Shown piece by piece: positions 29,686 through 38,204 of a stretch of 38,204 nucleotides of DNA. The position numbers and the translations under genes were made by a program. How positions within the stretch are numbered: the first letter of the stretch is position 1; the number at the start of each line of letters is the position of its first letter. Source of the stretch: Prolixibacteraceae bacterium (GTDB lineage Bacteria > Bacteroidota > Bacteroidia > Bacteroidales > Prolixibacteraceae); NCBI GenBank assembly GCA_035380005.1, contig DAOSWJ010000002.1:1-38204 (forward strand), read 5' to 3'. The notes below the pieces were generated by a model. The model had not been told where the DNA came from, did no database searches, and saw nothing but the letters and a program-made list of their open reading frames with translations.

Positions 29686-30263
29686 ATGATCAAAAAGATT
29701 TTCAATATTGGTATTTTATTACTAGCTGTTAGTGTGCAATTGCTTCAAGCGCAAGATCGTATTGGTATATACGCTTGTGGTGTTACCATTCATGCTAAAG
29801 GAGATCCCAATGCACATTTAATGCCCCTTAAATTATCGCCCGAGGGCAAAGTGATTTTTAACTATGGTGGTGTATTTCATTATAAGAATTATTTTAAGCC
29901 CCGTTTATCGTTTGATGCTATTCAGTCGTTTCAAGCCGATTGTGCTTTGCAGTTTTCTTCGGCAACAACTGTTGCAATAGGATACGATATCATTCAGAGA
30001 GGTCCCCATCGTTTTCTTTTTGCAGTGGGGCCAGGCGTCTATATTCGCGAATCGTGGGGAAATTTGAAGGTTACCAACGTGTAAACAAGTTCAAAGTAAG
30101 CGATAACGAAAAATGGGAATATAAAATTATTCCTATTGTTCCGCATATCGAATATGCATTTTTGCCCGAGGGCAAAAGTTATGGCTTTACCATTTACGGG
30201 GTACTCGATCCCGTTGAACGGGTTTACAATTTTGGTGCAGGTATAAATTACATTTTAAAGTAA
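29686..30263 (+). pseudogene. Exported small beta-barrel-like protein, split by a -1 frameshift at 30057-30063
   Basis: Signal peptide MIKKIFNIGILLLAVSVQLLQA/Q. The frame runs to …VYIRESWG, and the -1 frame continues GKFEGYQRVNKF…VYNFGAGINYILK with a beta-signal-like end. One extra base restores a protein of about 192 aa. It could be an assembly error. Confidence 0.6.
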
Positions 30264-30277
30264 GCTTTTCCTTTTCT

Positions 30278-31822
30278 CTATTTTACAACAATTCTTCGAT
30301 TGTATTTTCCTTTATCGGTATCGATTTGTATTGCATAAACCCCTTTGTTTATGTTGGGTACCGAAAAGATTAGTTGATTGTTTTCGATGTAGTTGTTATT
30401 GCTTATAGTAATAATTTTCCCATCGATACTTAACATCTTTACCGAAACTTGCTTTACTGGCAAGATAAAATTAATGGTTACATCTTGTCCGGTTATAACT
30501 GCCGAAGGATAAAGTACTATGTCGTTTTCAATATTTTGATCATGAATGCCTAAAGAGGTATTTTGCCAGTGCGACAATACGCCAATTTCGGTGTTTGAAT
30601 TGTTACGCGCAATTACTGCAACCGAGTCGATATGGTCGATATCAGTAACTGTAGTGTTAAGTTCAAATAAGTCGCCTGCATTAACATTTCCTGCTTCAAT
30701 TGTTGTGCTTTTATTCGATTTTTGGTCGAAAGCTTTAACTAATATGTTTCCCGATGTAAAAATGCCAAAACTTCCGCTTATAGAAGAAATCTCATTATCA
30801 ACAGTAATTTTTTCAACTACCGACCCGGCAATGTTGGCATTATAATGAATGCCGTTAACATGGGCGGCACTCCATATTTGGTCGTAGCGCATTGTTTGAC
30901 CTTTTGACAGACTTTTTAAGGGGCTCAAAACTTCAATTTCGATGTATTCGTTTGATCCAGCCGAGTATATCTCAAAATTTGCATTCTGATCGGGATGATC
31001 GGCCGATGGATCGATGTCGAAAATTTTATAGTAGCTTTGGCTGTCGCGTTCATCTACATTTGCACACCAACCTGCATCGAGGTTCATAAATGTTTTTCCG
31101 CTTTTATTGGTGTCGCTGTACCTGTGAATACCATCTTCAAGCTGGGTAATATTAAGTTTCTGATCGGCATATCGAATGCTTTTTGACGTTGAAAAATATA
31201 CCGAAAAGTTTTCCATATCCTTGTCGCTATCGTGCTGAACAATTGTTTGTGTAATGTCCCAGATGCTTAGGTCACGTGTTGATGCATTCACATTCATCAG
31301 GTATTGTTCAAGTTTTACAATGGTAGAATTGTTGTAAACCGTAAACCTTCGTGCTTGTTGTAATCCTTTGGCAAGTTGGGTTTCTACTTCGCTTTCGAGA
31401 TAAACAACAATTGAATCGGCCGATTGATGTTCGATATTGTAAGTGTATGGTCCCCAGCATAAGTGTGGTGGGGGAGGCCAGTTCCAAAAGCTTTGTGGTG
31501 CCGGCCAGTTTTTAAAACCACCGTAGCCCCATGCCCCCGACCAAGGCCCCCATTTGTCGCTGTCGGGGTTAAATTTTTTACCAATATTTTTAGGGTGGAT
31601 TGCCATTTGTTGATCGCCCGGGAAAGCATAGCGCATAACACGCCCACCAATTTCGGGTACAATAACAAGTTCTATAAAACCATTTTCAATAATCAGGCAT
31701 TCTTCCCAGCCCCAGTTATTGTAATTGTCGATGGTTAAAGTTAGTGTGCCTTCTTTTGTCGAAGCTGATACAAAAACACACGATAGCAAAAGTGTTGCAA
31801 TTAGTGATAAGCAGAGTTTCAT
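30278..31822 (-). CDS. DUF4380-like (galactose-mutarotase-like beta-sandwich) protein with T9SS type A C-terminal domain
   Basis: Signal peptide, IENGFIELVIVPEIGGRVM, YGGFKNWPAPQSFWNWPPPP and YIEIEVLSP. The CTD reads IVLYPS…MLSIDGK…NKGVYAIQI…RRIVVK. Confidence 0.72.
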   Translation of the reverse strand: MKLCLSLIATLLLSCVFVSASTKEGTLTLTIDNYNNWGWEECLIIENGFIELVIVPEIGGRVMRYAFPGDQQMAIHPKNIGKKFNPDSDKWGPWSGAWGYGGFKNWPAPQSFWNWPPPPHLCWGPYTYNIEHQSADSIVVYLESEVETQLAKGLQQARRFTVYNNSTIVKLEQYLMNVNASTRDLSIWDITQTIVQHDSDKDMENFSVYFSTSKSIRYADQKLNITQLEDGIHRYSDTNKSGKTFMNLDAGWCANVDERDSQSYYKIFDIDPSADHPDQNANFEIYSAGSNEYIEIEVLSPLKSLSKGQTMRYDQIWSAAHVNGIHYNANIAGSVVEKITVDNEISSISGSFGIFTSGNILVKAFDQKSNKSTTIEAGNVNAGDLFELNTTVTDIDHIDSVAVIARNNSNTEIGVLSHWQNTSLGIHDQNIENDIVLYPSAVITGQDVTINFILPVKQVSVKMLSIDGKIITISNNNYIENNQLIFSVPNINKGVYAIQIDTDKGKYNRRIVVK

Positions 31823-31824
31823 TG

Positions 31825-34665
31825 TTATTTGATTAAGGTTTTTATAATGTTCGTTTGTGTGTTGTCATCAATTTTTATCATATACAACCCGGGTTGATAA
31901 GCCGATTGATCCGAAATATCGATAGTGATGGTTTGTTGGCCGAATACCTGATGTTTTTGAGGTTGGCCTTTCAGTTGTCCATGCATATTATAAACCGATA
32001 TTGTAATTTGTTGCTCGCTAGGGCTGTTGATGTCGATGTTAATAACACTGTTGGCCGGATTTGGATAGGCCTTGTATTTTTTATTGTTGATTATGTATTC
32101 GATATTGGTAGGTATCGAAATTCCGGGTGTTTGGTTAAACCACTGTGCACCACCGTTGGTGCCAATCCAAATGTTTCCATTTGTATCTTCTGTAATTGTG
32201 TTAATGGTATTGTTGATAAGGCCTTGGCTTTGGTCATATTTTAATATTTCGCCATTTGCCTTTATAATATTAAGCCCAATGTTTGTGCCTATCCAAATGT
32301 TTTCCTCAGTATCGGCAAAAATTGTGTTGATGTTATTGGCGAAAATCTTATCGGTTTCGGCAGTATAAACCAACCATTCACTTTTGGTTTGCATGTTTTC
32401 GTGGCGCATAACGCCATAGCTCGATCCATACCATTGTTCAACATCAAGAGGTGCAATAGCTGTAATGGTGTCTGAGCTAAGACCTGCCCATGGCGAACCG
32501 TAAGTTGATGCACCCGTAAAACCGTCAACCGAATTGTATTTTAGCCTGATAATGCCTTTGCCGTTGGTTGCAACGAATGTTGTACTGTCGAATTTATATT
32601 CCGCTAAGTCGTTTATTTTAAATTCGCTATAATCAAAGCTTTCGCCATTTGAGTCGCCTGCAGTTGTTTTGTGATCCCATTGGTTTTCGCTAAGAACATT
32701 GATGGTCGATTCGGTGCTTGCCCAGCAGTTGTGACGCCAATCAATCATAACATTCGATACCGCAGTACCAACAATATCACTGTTGTCGGGCGAGTAAGTT
32801 GTTGCCGAAACAACGCCATTGTTGTTAATTGCTAAAACAGTAAGCCCTCCATCGGTCGCTACCCACATTTTTTGGTCATTTGCTATTTGCTCAAAAGCCA
32901 GGTCGTTTACCTTGTTGTTCGATAAATGGTTATCGGTATTAATAATTTGCATATCGATGCCATTGTAGCGGGCCAGTCCGTTGTCGGTTCCAATCCATGC
33001 TACTCCATTTGGGTCGAAATGTATTGCATTTACTTTGTTGTTGGGCAAATTGGTGTTTTGGGTGGTTATTGTTGACGGAAATTCAATAACCTTTAGCAAT
33101 TCGATGCCGTTACCAGTACCCAAGTTCTTCGAGTAAGCTTTGTCGGTTGGGTTGTTCCAGTGCTCATAAACGCCAAGGCTTTTTAATGAAATGCCATCAT
33201 CTTCGGGGTCGTAGGTTATTCCTTCGGCCCAGTGTTCTGGGCTTGCAGCTTGCAGTAAATAATCGTCGGTGCCAGCCATGTAAGGGTGTTTGTCATCCTT
33301 TTCTTTGTTTTTATATTCTTCGAGTAAAAAGTCGTAACAAACAGCATCGATGGCAACTAAATCTTGCGAAACGAAAATTGAATTTGGATAATCGCCGTTA
33401 AACGGTACCATTTGCCATTTTTCGACGTATCCTTCCCAACTACGTCCGGCCCAAATACCATCAACAATAGTAAGTAGCGTGTTTCCACCCATTTTTTCGT
33501 GGCCTAAATAGTCAACCAAATGGCGGTAGCGGTGGGTTCCCCCGTCGGTATTGTCGTGGTCGGGCAACGAGTAGTGCATGTCGTAAGCCGATTGTTCATC
33601 GGGGTCGGCGCCATCTTGCAAAATTGAACCTTGATGGTTTTTAGCTCCAATGGTTATTCCTCCCGAATCGTGCGACTTTAAACAGGGCATATTAATGAAA
33701 TAAGCTGCATCGTAATATTCCTGGGGCATACGGTACGTATATTTGCCGTCGCTAAAAAACATTTTTTTGCTGCTTGTAGGTTTCGTTCGGTAGCGGCCGT
33801 TATCGCCTTTCCCGTCAACATAGTTCACATTTGGGTAAACGGTATGACAAACATCCCAGTATAAATTGTGGAAAGTACGGAACGGATCACCAATGAATAT
33901 GTCTTCCTGAGCAACGCCAACTTCTTCAATCAACTGCTTAAGCAAGGCAAGCATTAGTTCGGGAGTTGAGTCCATGCGGTCGTAATCCTTTGTCTTTTTA
34001 GTTCCGGTAACTGAACAACATGAGTTGGTTACGTTTATTTTTATGAAAATTTTTTCGCCTGACTGATAACCTGTGTTGCCTTTATTTTTGTTTGAGTTGA
34101 AGTGTTTGAAAAGCGCATCCCAGGCTTGATTGATATTATCTTTACCCGAATACTTTTTAATTGCTGTGTTAAGCATGTTTTCAACAGCTTGCGCATTGGT
34201 GTAATTGGCCCACCAATTATTAATGTTGTTTTTTACAGTGAAATTTGCATCGGTAGCATCGGGATTCCATACCCATACTACTCTTCCGGGGTGTAAGCCT
34301 TGCGGCGTGCCAATTGGATTGTTGGCATCGAAATACGACGATGAAACCAAGTTTGTGGCTTTCGCATTTTTGTTTTGTGCAAGTTCATTGATCGTAAACA
34401 TTGCAATAGCAACAACAACAAAGGCTAAAGCCGAAATGTATTTTGCTGAATTAATTCTTTCCCTGAATTTTTTAAATGCAAAAAACATCCCCGACATTGA
34501 TAACAGGTAAACTACAAAGCCCGACATAAAGGGTGCTGCTGCTTTCATACAAGGATATGTAGCCCTTTGTGGCTTGGGTATTACCCTAACTAAAAACCAA
34601 ACGGTTGATGCAATACCCATTATTATGAAGCTGAATAATCGCCAATTATATTTTCTTTTCGACAT
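31825..34665 (-). CDS. DUF362-like enzyme domain + beta-propeller repeats + T9SS type A C-terminal domain
   Basis: DUF362-like motifs IFIKIN, STPEL, IGDP, INMPCLKSH-x3-GITIGAKNHQG and SQDLVAIDAV. Propeller repeats LPNNKVNAI…WIGTDNGL and GLINNTINTITEDTNGNIWIGTNGG. CTD AYPNPA…YNMHGQ…PGLYMIKI…KTLIK. Confidence 0.78.
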   Translation of the reverse strand: MSKRKYNWRLFSFIIMGIASTVWFLVRVIPKPQRATYPCMKAAAPFMSGFVVYLLSMSGMFFAFKKFRERINSAKYISALAFVVVAIAMFTINELAQNKNAKATNLVSSSYFDANNPIGTPQGLHPGRVVWVWNPDATDANFTVKNNINNWWANYTNAQAVENMLNTAIKKYSGKDNINQAWDALFKHFNSNKNKGNTGYQSGEKIFIKINVTNSCCSVTGTKKTKDYDRMDSTPELMLALLKQLIEEVGVAQEDIFIGDPFRTFHNLYWDVCHTVYPNVNYVDGKGDNGRYRTKPTSSKKMFFSDGKYTYRMPQEYYDAAYFINMPCLKSHDSGGITIGAKNHQGSILQDGADPDEQSAYDMHYSLPDHDNTDGGTHRYRHLVDYLGHEKMGGNTLLTIVDGIWAGRSWEGYVEKWQMVPFNGDYPNSIFVSQDLVAIDAVCYDFLLEEYKNKEKDDKHPYMAGTDDYLLQAASPEHWAEGITYDPEDDGISLKSLGVYEHWNNPTDKAYSKNLGTGNGIELLKVIEFPSTITTQNTNLPNNKVNAIHFDPNGVAWIGTDNGLARYNGIDMQIINTDNHLSNNKVNDLAFEQIANDQKMWVATDGGLTVLAINNNGVVSATTYSPDNSDIVGTAVSNVMIDWRHNCWASTESTINVLSENQWDHKTTAGDSNGESFDYSEFKINDLAEYKFDSTTFVATNGKGIIRLKYNSVDGFTGASTYGSPWAGLSSDTITAIAPLDVEQWYGSSYGVMRHENMQTKSEWLVYTAETDKIFANNINTIFADTEENIWIGTNIGLNIIKANGEILKYDQSQGLINNTINTITEDTNGNIWIGTNGGAQWFNQTPGISIPTNIEYIINNKKYKAYPNPANSVINIDINSPSEQQITISVYNMHGQLKGQPQKHQVFGQQTITIDISDQSAYQPGLYMIKIDDNTQTNIIKTLIK

Positions 34666-34713
34666 ATTTGTTATTTCTAATTGTTAAAAAAGGCTTTGTG
34701 TTTACTAGTTTGA

Positions 34714-34750
34714 ATAAAAAACCCGAAAGTGTTACCTGTCGGGTTATTAT
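34714..34750 (-). terminator. Intrinsic terminator-like hairpin between the two DUF362-like paralogues
   Basis: The minus strand reads AACCCGA-12 nt-TCGGGTT followed by TTTTATT, shortly after the stop codon at 34765. Confidence 0.55.
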
Positions 34751-34764
34751 GTTGTGAAATGGTA

Positions 34765-36738
34765 TTATTTTTTTTCAAACCTGAAGGATGTTGTGTGAAT
34801 TTGATTGTTTGAATCAACTATTAATTGTACGAAATAAATTCCTTTAATTAGCGACGAAGCATTAAAAGCCGATTCGTGTTTCCCTGCTAGTTGATACTGA
34901 TCATCAAATTGGTAAACAACACTTCCGTTAACCGACACTATTCGGGTTGATACCTTACTTGTTTTTTTTAATGTGTATTGAATGTTTGCATTGTTCTCAA
35001 CCGGGTTTGGGTAAACACTTAATTGGGTATCATCTGTAATTGCGAGCAATTGCGACGCTGTAAGATCATCGCGGGTAACTTTAACTAATTCTATGCCTTC
35101 GCCTGTTCCCAGGTTGCGCGAGTATTGCATGTCGGTAGGGTTGTTCCAGTGTTCGTGTACACCAAGGCTTGGTATTTCGGTACCGTCGTTTTCCGGGTCG
35201 TAAATAATTCCTTCGGGCCAGTTGGCTTTGTCGGCAGCTTGGTGCAGGTAGTCGTCCACTGCGCCGTAATGTGGAAATTCTTCGTATCCGTTAGTGCCAT
35301 CGTATTCATAATACAAAATGTCGAAGCCAACCGATTCAATGGCAACCGGATCTTGCGAAATAAAAATCGACGAAGTCCAGTCGTTATTCCACGGTGCTTT
35401 TTGATATTTGTTGGGCTGGGTAACTTCCATATCGGAGCTGTAAAGAGCATCCATAAGGTAAACTAAATTTTTCCCGCCCAAAAGTTCATGTCCCATAATA
35501 TCGGTTAATACACGGTACATTCCGTATTGGTTCCTGATAGGGTCGTTGTACATTTTCACTAAACCTCCATGCAAGTGTTTTGCATCTCCGCGGGTATGCG
35601 ATCCAAAGTGGTTTTTGGCAAACATTGTAACACCTCCATGTTTATGCGATTTCATTGTAGGGAGGTTGATCATGTATTCCATTTCTTCGAAAATGGTGTA
35701 CAGGTTATCAGTTTGTATGGCTTTTCCTGTAAGGGCGCTATTCCAGTCTCCTTCACGTAAAACTTCGCCTCGGTCGGAATAATCTATTTTAGCAGTACTG
35801 CTTTTTACAACCTGTGTGCGACCTAGAGACGATCGATCAACATCGAGGTATGTGATGTTGGGGAATTCGGTGTGCCATTTATCGTAATCGCTTTCATAAA
35901 TATGTTTCATTGGGTCACCAATAACAATGTTTTCCTGAGCAACACCTACTTCATTTACCAAATGGCGTAAAACCGATGTTACCAGTTGAGGCGATGTTTC
36001 ACAAATTCCGTAGTTGCTGTTGGTGGTAACCCTTTCCAAACTGTTTCTGTCGAAATTGCCTCCCCACGAACTGGTACGGTTGATTTTTAGAAAAACAATT
36101 TCGCCGGCTTTGTAGCTTACTGCTCCTTTGCCCCTTTTTTGGTTGTGGTATTTAAATATCTCATCCCAAGCTTCTTTAACACTGCTTTCGTCGGTTAATT
36201 TAGTTACAGCTGCTACAAGCATTTTGTCAACCTCGTCCTGGTTGGTATATTTATCCATGTAATATTTTGCGCCTTTGCCATATTTGTCGAGCGGGAGGTT
36301 TTCGTCGGTAGCATCGGGATTCCATACCCAAACAACCCGCCCAGGATTAATGCCCTGTGCATTACCCATTGGCGAATTTGGTTCTTCGAGAGCGGGCGCA
36401 TTTAGCAAAGCTTTTTTCTCGTTAATTGTTGATATGGCAGGGATTGACAAGGCAGCAACAAAAAACAATGCCGTTAACGAAAGTTGAACAGCTTTAAACC
36501 CTTTTGGGAATCTTTTTAAAAGAATTGATGCGCCGCATATACTTGCAATGTAAATAACAAAGCTCGACATAAATGGTGCCGCGGCTCTCATGCATGGATA
36601 AGTTGCTCGTTGCGGCTTTGGAATAACTCGTATGAGGAACCATATTGTAGATAAAACTCCTATGAGAAAGAAACTGATTTTTCCTAACGATTTTTTAGTT
36701 TTGAGTTGATTAATAGAGTTTTGTAAAAACAAATTCAT
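34765..36738 (-). CDS. DUF362-like enzyme domain + T9SS type A C-terminal domain (paralogue of the downstream gene)
   Basis: VFLKIN, TSPQL, IGDP, INLPTMKSH-x3-GVTMFAKNHFG, SQDPVAIESV and LGVHEHWNNP. CTD VYPNPV…VSVNGS…KGIYFVQL…FEKK. Confidence 0.78.
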   Translation of the reverse strand: MNLFLQNSINQLKTKKSLGKISFFLIGVLSTIWFLIRVIPKPQRATYPCMRAAAPFMSSFVIYIASICGASILLKRFPKGFKAVQLSLTALFFVAALSIPAISTINEKKALLNAPALEEPNSPMGNAQGINPGRVVWVWNPDATDENLPLDKYGKGAKYYMDKYTNQDEVDKMLVAAVTKLTDESSVKEAWDEIFKYHNQKRGKGAVSYKAGEIVFLKINRTSSWGGNFDRNSLERVTTNSNYGICETSPQLVTSVLRHLVNEVGVAQENIVIGDPMKHIYESDYDKWHTEFPNITYLDVDRSSLGRTQVVKSSTAKIDYSDRGEVLREGDWNSALTGKAIQTDNLYTIFEEMEYMINLPTMKSHKHGGVTMFAKNHFGSHTRGDAKHLHGGLVKMYNDPIRNQYGMYRVLTDIMGHELLGGKNLVYLMDALYSSDMEVTQPNKYQKAPWNNDWTSSIFISQDPVAIESVGFDILYYEYDGTNGYEEFPHYGAVDDYLHQAADKANWPEGIIYDPENDGTEIPSLGVHEHWNNPTDMQYSRNLGTGEGIELVKVTRDDLTASQLLAITDDTQLSVYPNPVENNANIQYTLKKTSKVSTRIVSVNGSVVYQFDDQYQLAGKHESAFNASSLIKGIYFVQLIVDSNNQIHTTSFRFEKK

Positions 36739-36844
36739 AATAAGTAAAAGTTTAATAGTTAGATATTTTCACCAAGGATGCGCAATTTATCTAAATTAAT
36801 TCAACATACCTTGTAAATCGATGTTAAATTTTTAATGTCATTTT

Positions 36845-36852
36845 TATTTTTG
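36845..36852 (+). promoter_or_regulatory. -7 promoter element (TATTTTTG) for pepT
   Basis: Matches TAnnTTTG about 50 nt upstream of the ATG. The AT-rich context lowers specificity. Confidence 0.35.
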
Positions 36853-36901
36853 AACGATTTAGTTTATTTTGTGTTTACTATAAATTTTAATTGTGAACTA
36901 C

Positions 36902-38131
36902 ATGGAGAAAAATCTTATTGAACGTTTTATCAGATATATAAAAGTAGAAACAACTTCCGATCCAAAGAGTGGATTACATCCGAGTACACCATCACAGCTC
37001 GAATTTGCCAAACAATTGGCTGCCGAATTGATTGAGATTGGATTGAGCGATGTTTCGGTCGATGATAATGCCTATGTGATGGCTACTTTACCATCGAATA
37101 TTGAAAAAAAAGTACCTGTTGTGGGCTTTATAGCTCATGTTGATGCTAGCCCCGATTTTTCGGGTAAAAATATTCAAGCTCGCTTTGTTGAAAATTACGA
37201 TGGAGGTAAAATTACACTCAATAACGATTTGGGTATTGAGCTTGATCCTGAGGTTTTTCCCGAATTGTTGAAGTATAAGGGGCAAACACTTATAACTACC
37301 GATGGAACTACTCTTTTAAGTGCCGACGATAAAGCCGGTCTAGCCGAAATTGTAACTGCTATGGAGTATTTAATCCGGCACCCCGAAATTAAACACGGCG
37401 ATATTAAAGTTGGTTTTACTCCTGATGAAGAAATAGGGCAGGGTGCCGATTTTTTCGATGTTGAAAAATTTGGAGCCGATTTTGCTTACACACTCGATGG
37501 TGGCGAATTGGGCGAGCTTGAATACGAGAATTTCAATGCTGCAAGTGCAAAGGTCAAAATAAACGGAAGGATAGTGCATCCTGGCTTTGCAAAAAACAAA
37601 ATGAGGAATTCGTTACTTATTGCCCAGCAGTTTTTAAACATGTTGCCTGCCAACGAAGTACCTCAGCATACCGAGGGTTTTGAGGGTTTTTATCATTTAA
37701 TGGAAATGAACGGCAAAGTGGAAGAAACCAATATGGAATTCATAATCCGCGATCACAATATGGATGTTTTTATTCAACGTAAAAAGCTCTTCAATGCCAT
37801 TGTCGAACATTTGAACTTGCAATATGGCGAAGGTACAGTCGAGCTCGATATGAACGATCAATATTACAATATGCTTGAACAAATAAAACCAGTGATGTAT
37901 GTGGTTGATATTGCCGAAGCAGCAATGATTGAATGTGGCGTTACGCCAATAAAGAAAGCAATTCGGGGCGGAACCGACGGTGCACGTTTATCGTATATGG
38001 GGCTACCTTGCCCGAATGTATTTGCAGGTGGGCACAACTTTCACGGTAAATACGAATTTGTACCGGTACAATCGATGGTAAAAGCTGTTGAGGTGGTTTT
38101 AAAAATTGTTGAAAAAGTAAGTTTGATGTAG
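36902..38131 (+). CDS. pepT: Peptidase T (M20B tripeptide aminopeptidase)
   Basis: LIERFIRY, PSTPSQ, GFIAHVD, TDGTTLLSADDKAG, FTPDEEIG, AYTLDGG, ENFNAA, IRGGTDG and GGHNFHGKYE. Confidence 0.97.
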   Translation: MEKNLIERFIRYIKVETTSDPKSGLHPSTPSQLEFAKQLAAELIEIGLSDVSVDDNAYVMATLPSNIEKKVPVVGFIAHVDASPDFSGKNIQARFVENYDGGKITLNNDLGIELDPEVFPELLKYKGQTLITTDGTTLLSADDKAGLAEIVTAMEYLIRHPEIKHGDIKVGFTPDEEIGQGADFFDVEKFGADFAYTLDGGELGELEYENFNAASAKVKINGRIVHPGFAKNKMRNSLLIAQQFLNMLPANEVPQHTEGFEGFYHLMEMNGKVEETNMEFIIRDHNMDVFIQRKKLFNAIVEHLNLQYGEGTVELDMNDQYYNMLEQIKPVMYVVDIAEAAMIECGVTPIKKAIRGGTDGARLSYMGLPCPNVFAGGHNFHGKYEFVPVQSMVKAVEVVLKIVEKVSLM

Positions 38132-38179
38132 CTGGAAGTAAATTGAAATACAGTATTGTCCGGTAAAATTATAACTATT

Positions 38180-38191
38180 GGGCTAAAGCCC
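38180..38191. repeat. Short GC-rich palindrome GGGCTAAAGCCC, possible REP-like element
   Basis: GGGCT-AA-AGCCC hairpin in AT-rich DNA downstream of pepT. Only one copy is visible and it sits at the window edge. Confidence 0.3.
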
Positions 38192-38204
38192 TTGTTAATT
38201 GGGA

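Noticed and set aside
32130-33075. Propeller repeats suggesting a hybrid two-component sensor kinase
   Set aside because: No TM helix, HisKA, HATPase or AraC domain follows. The repeats lead directly into a T9SS CTD.

Overview
AT-rich chromosomal window from a Bacteroidota bacterium, judged from T9SS C-terminal domains, TAnnTTTG promoter elements and a Rho with a long N-terminal insert. Housekeeping genes (rho, gyrB, ftsE-like, ccsBA, pepT, a LOG-family gene) are interleaved with poorly characterised envelope and accessory genes. I found no rRNA, tRNA, CRISPR array or transposase. The most notable items are: (1) an RNase II/R catalytic (RNB) domain that lacks the usual cold-shock and S1 domains and instead carries 2-3 C-terminal dsRNA-binding domains; (2) a three-gene cluster of predicted T9SS cargo, made of two DUF362-like paralogues sharing an unusual conserved membrane leader and a DUF4380-like protein; (3) a FkbO/Hyg5-type chorismatase-like gene overlapping a DUF2723/TMEM260-like GT-C glycosyltransferase gene; (4) two genes split by -1 frameshifts at slippery heptamers, which may be recoding or assembly errors; (5) phased direct repeats upstream of the PspC operon. 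All family calls come from motif recognition by eye, not from database searches.
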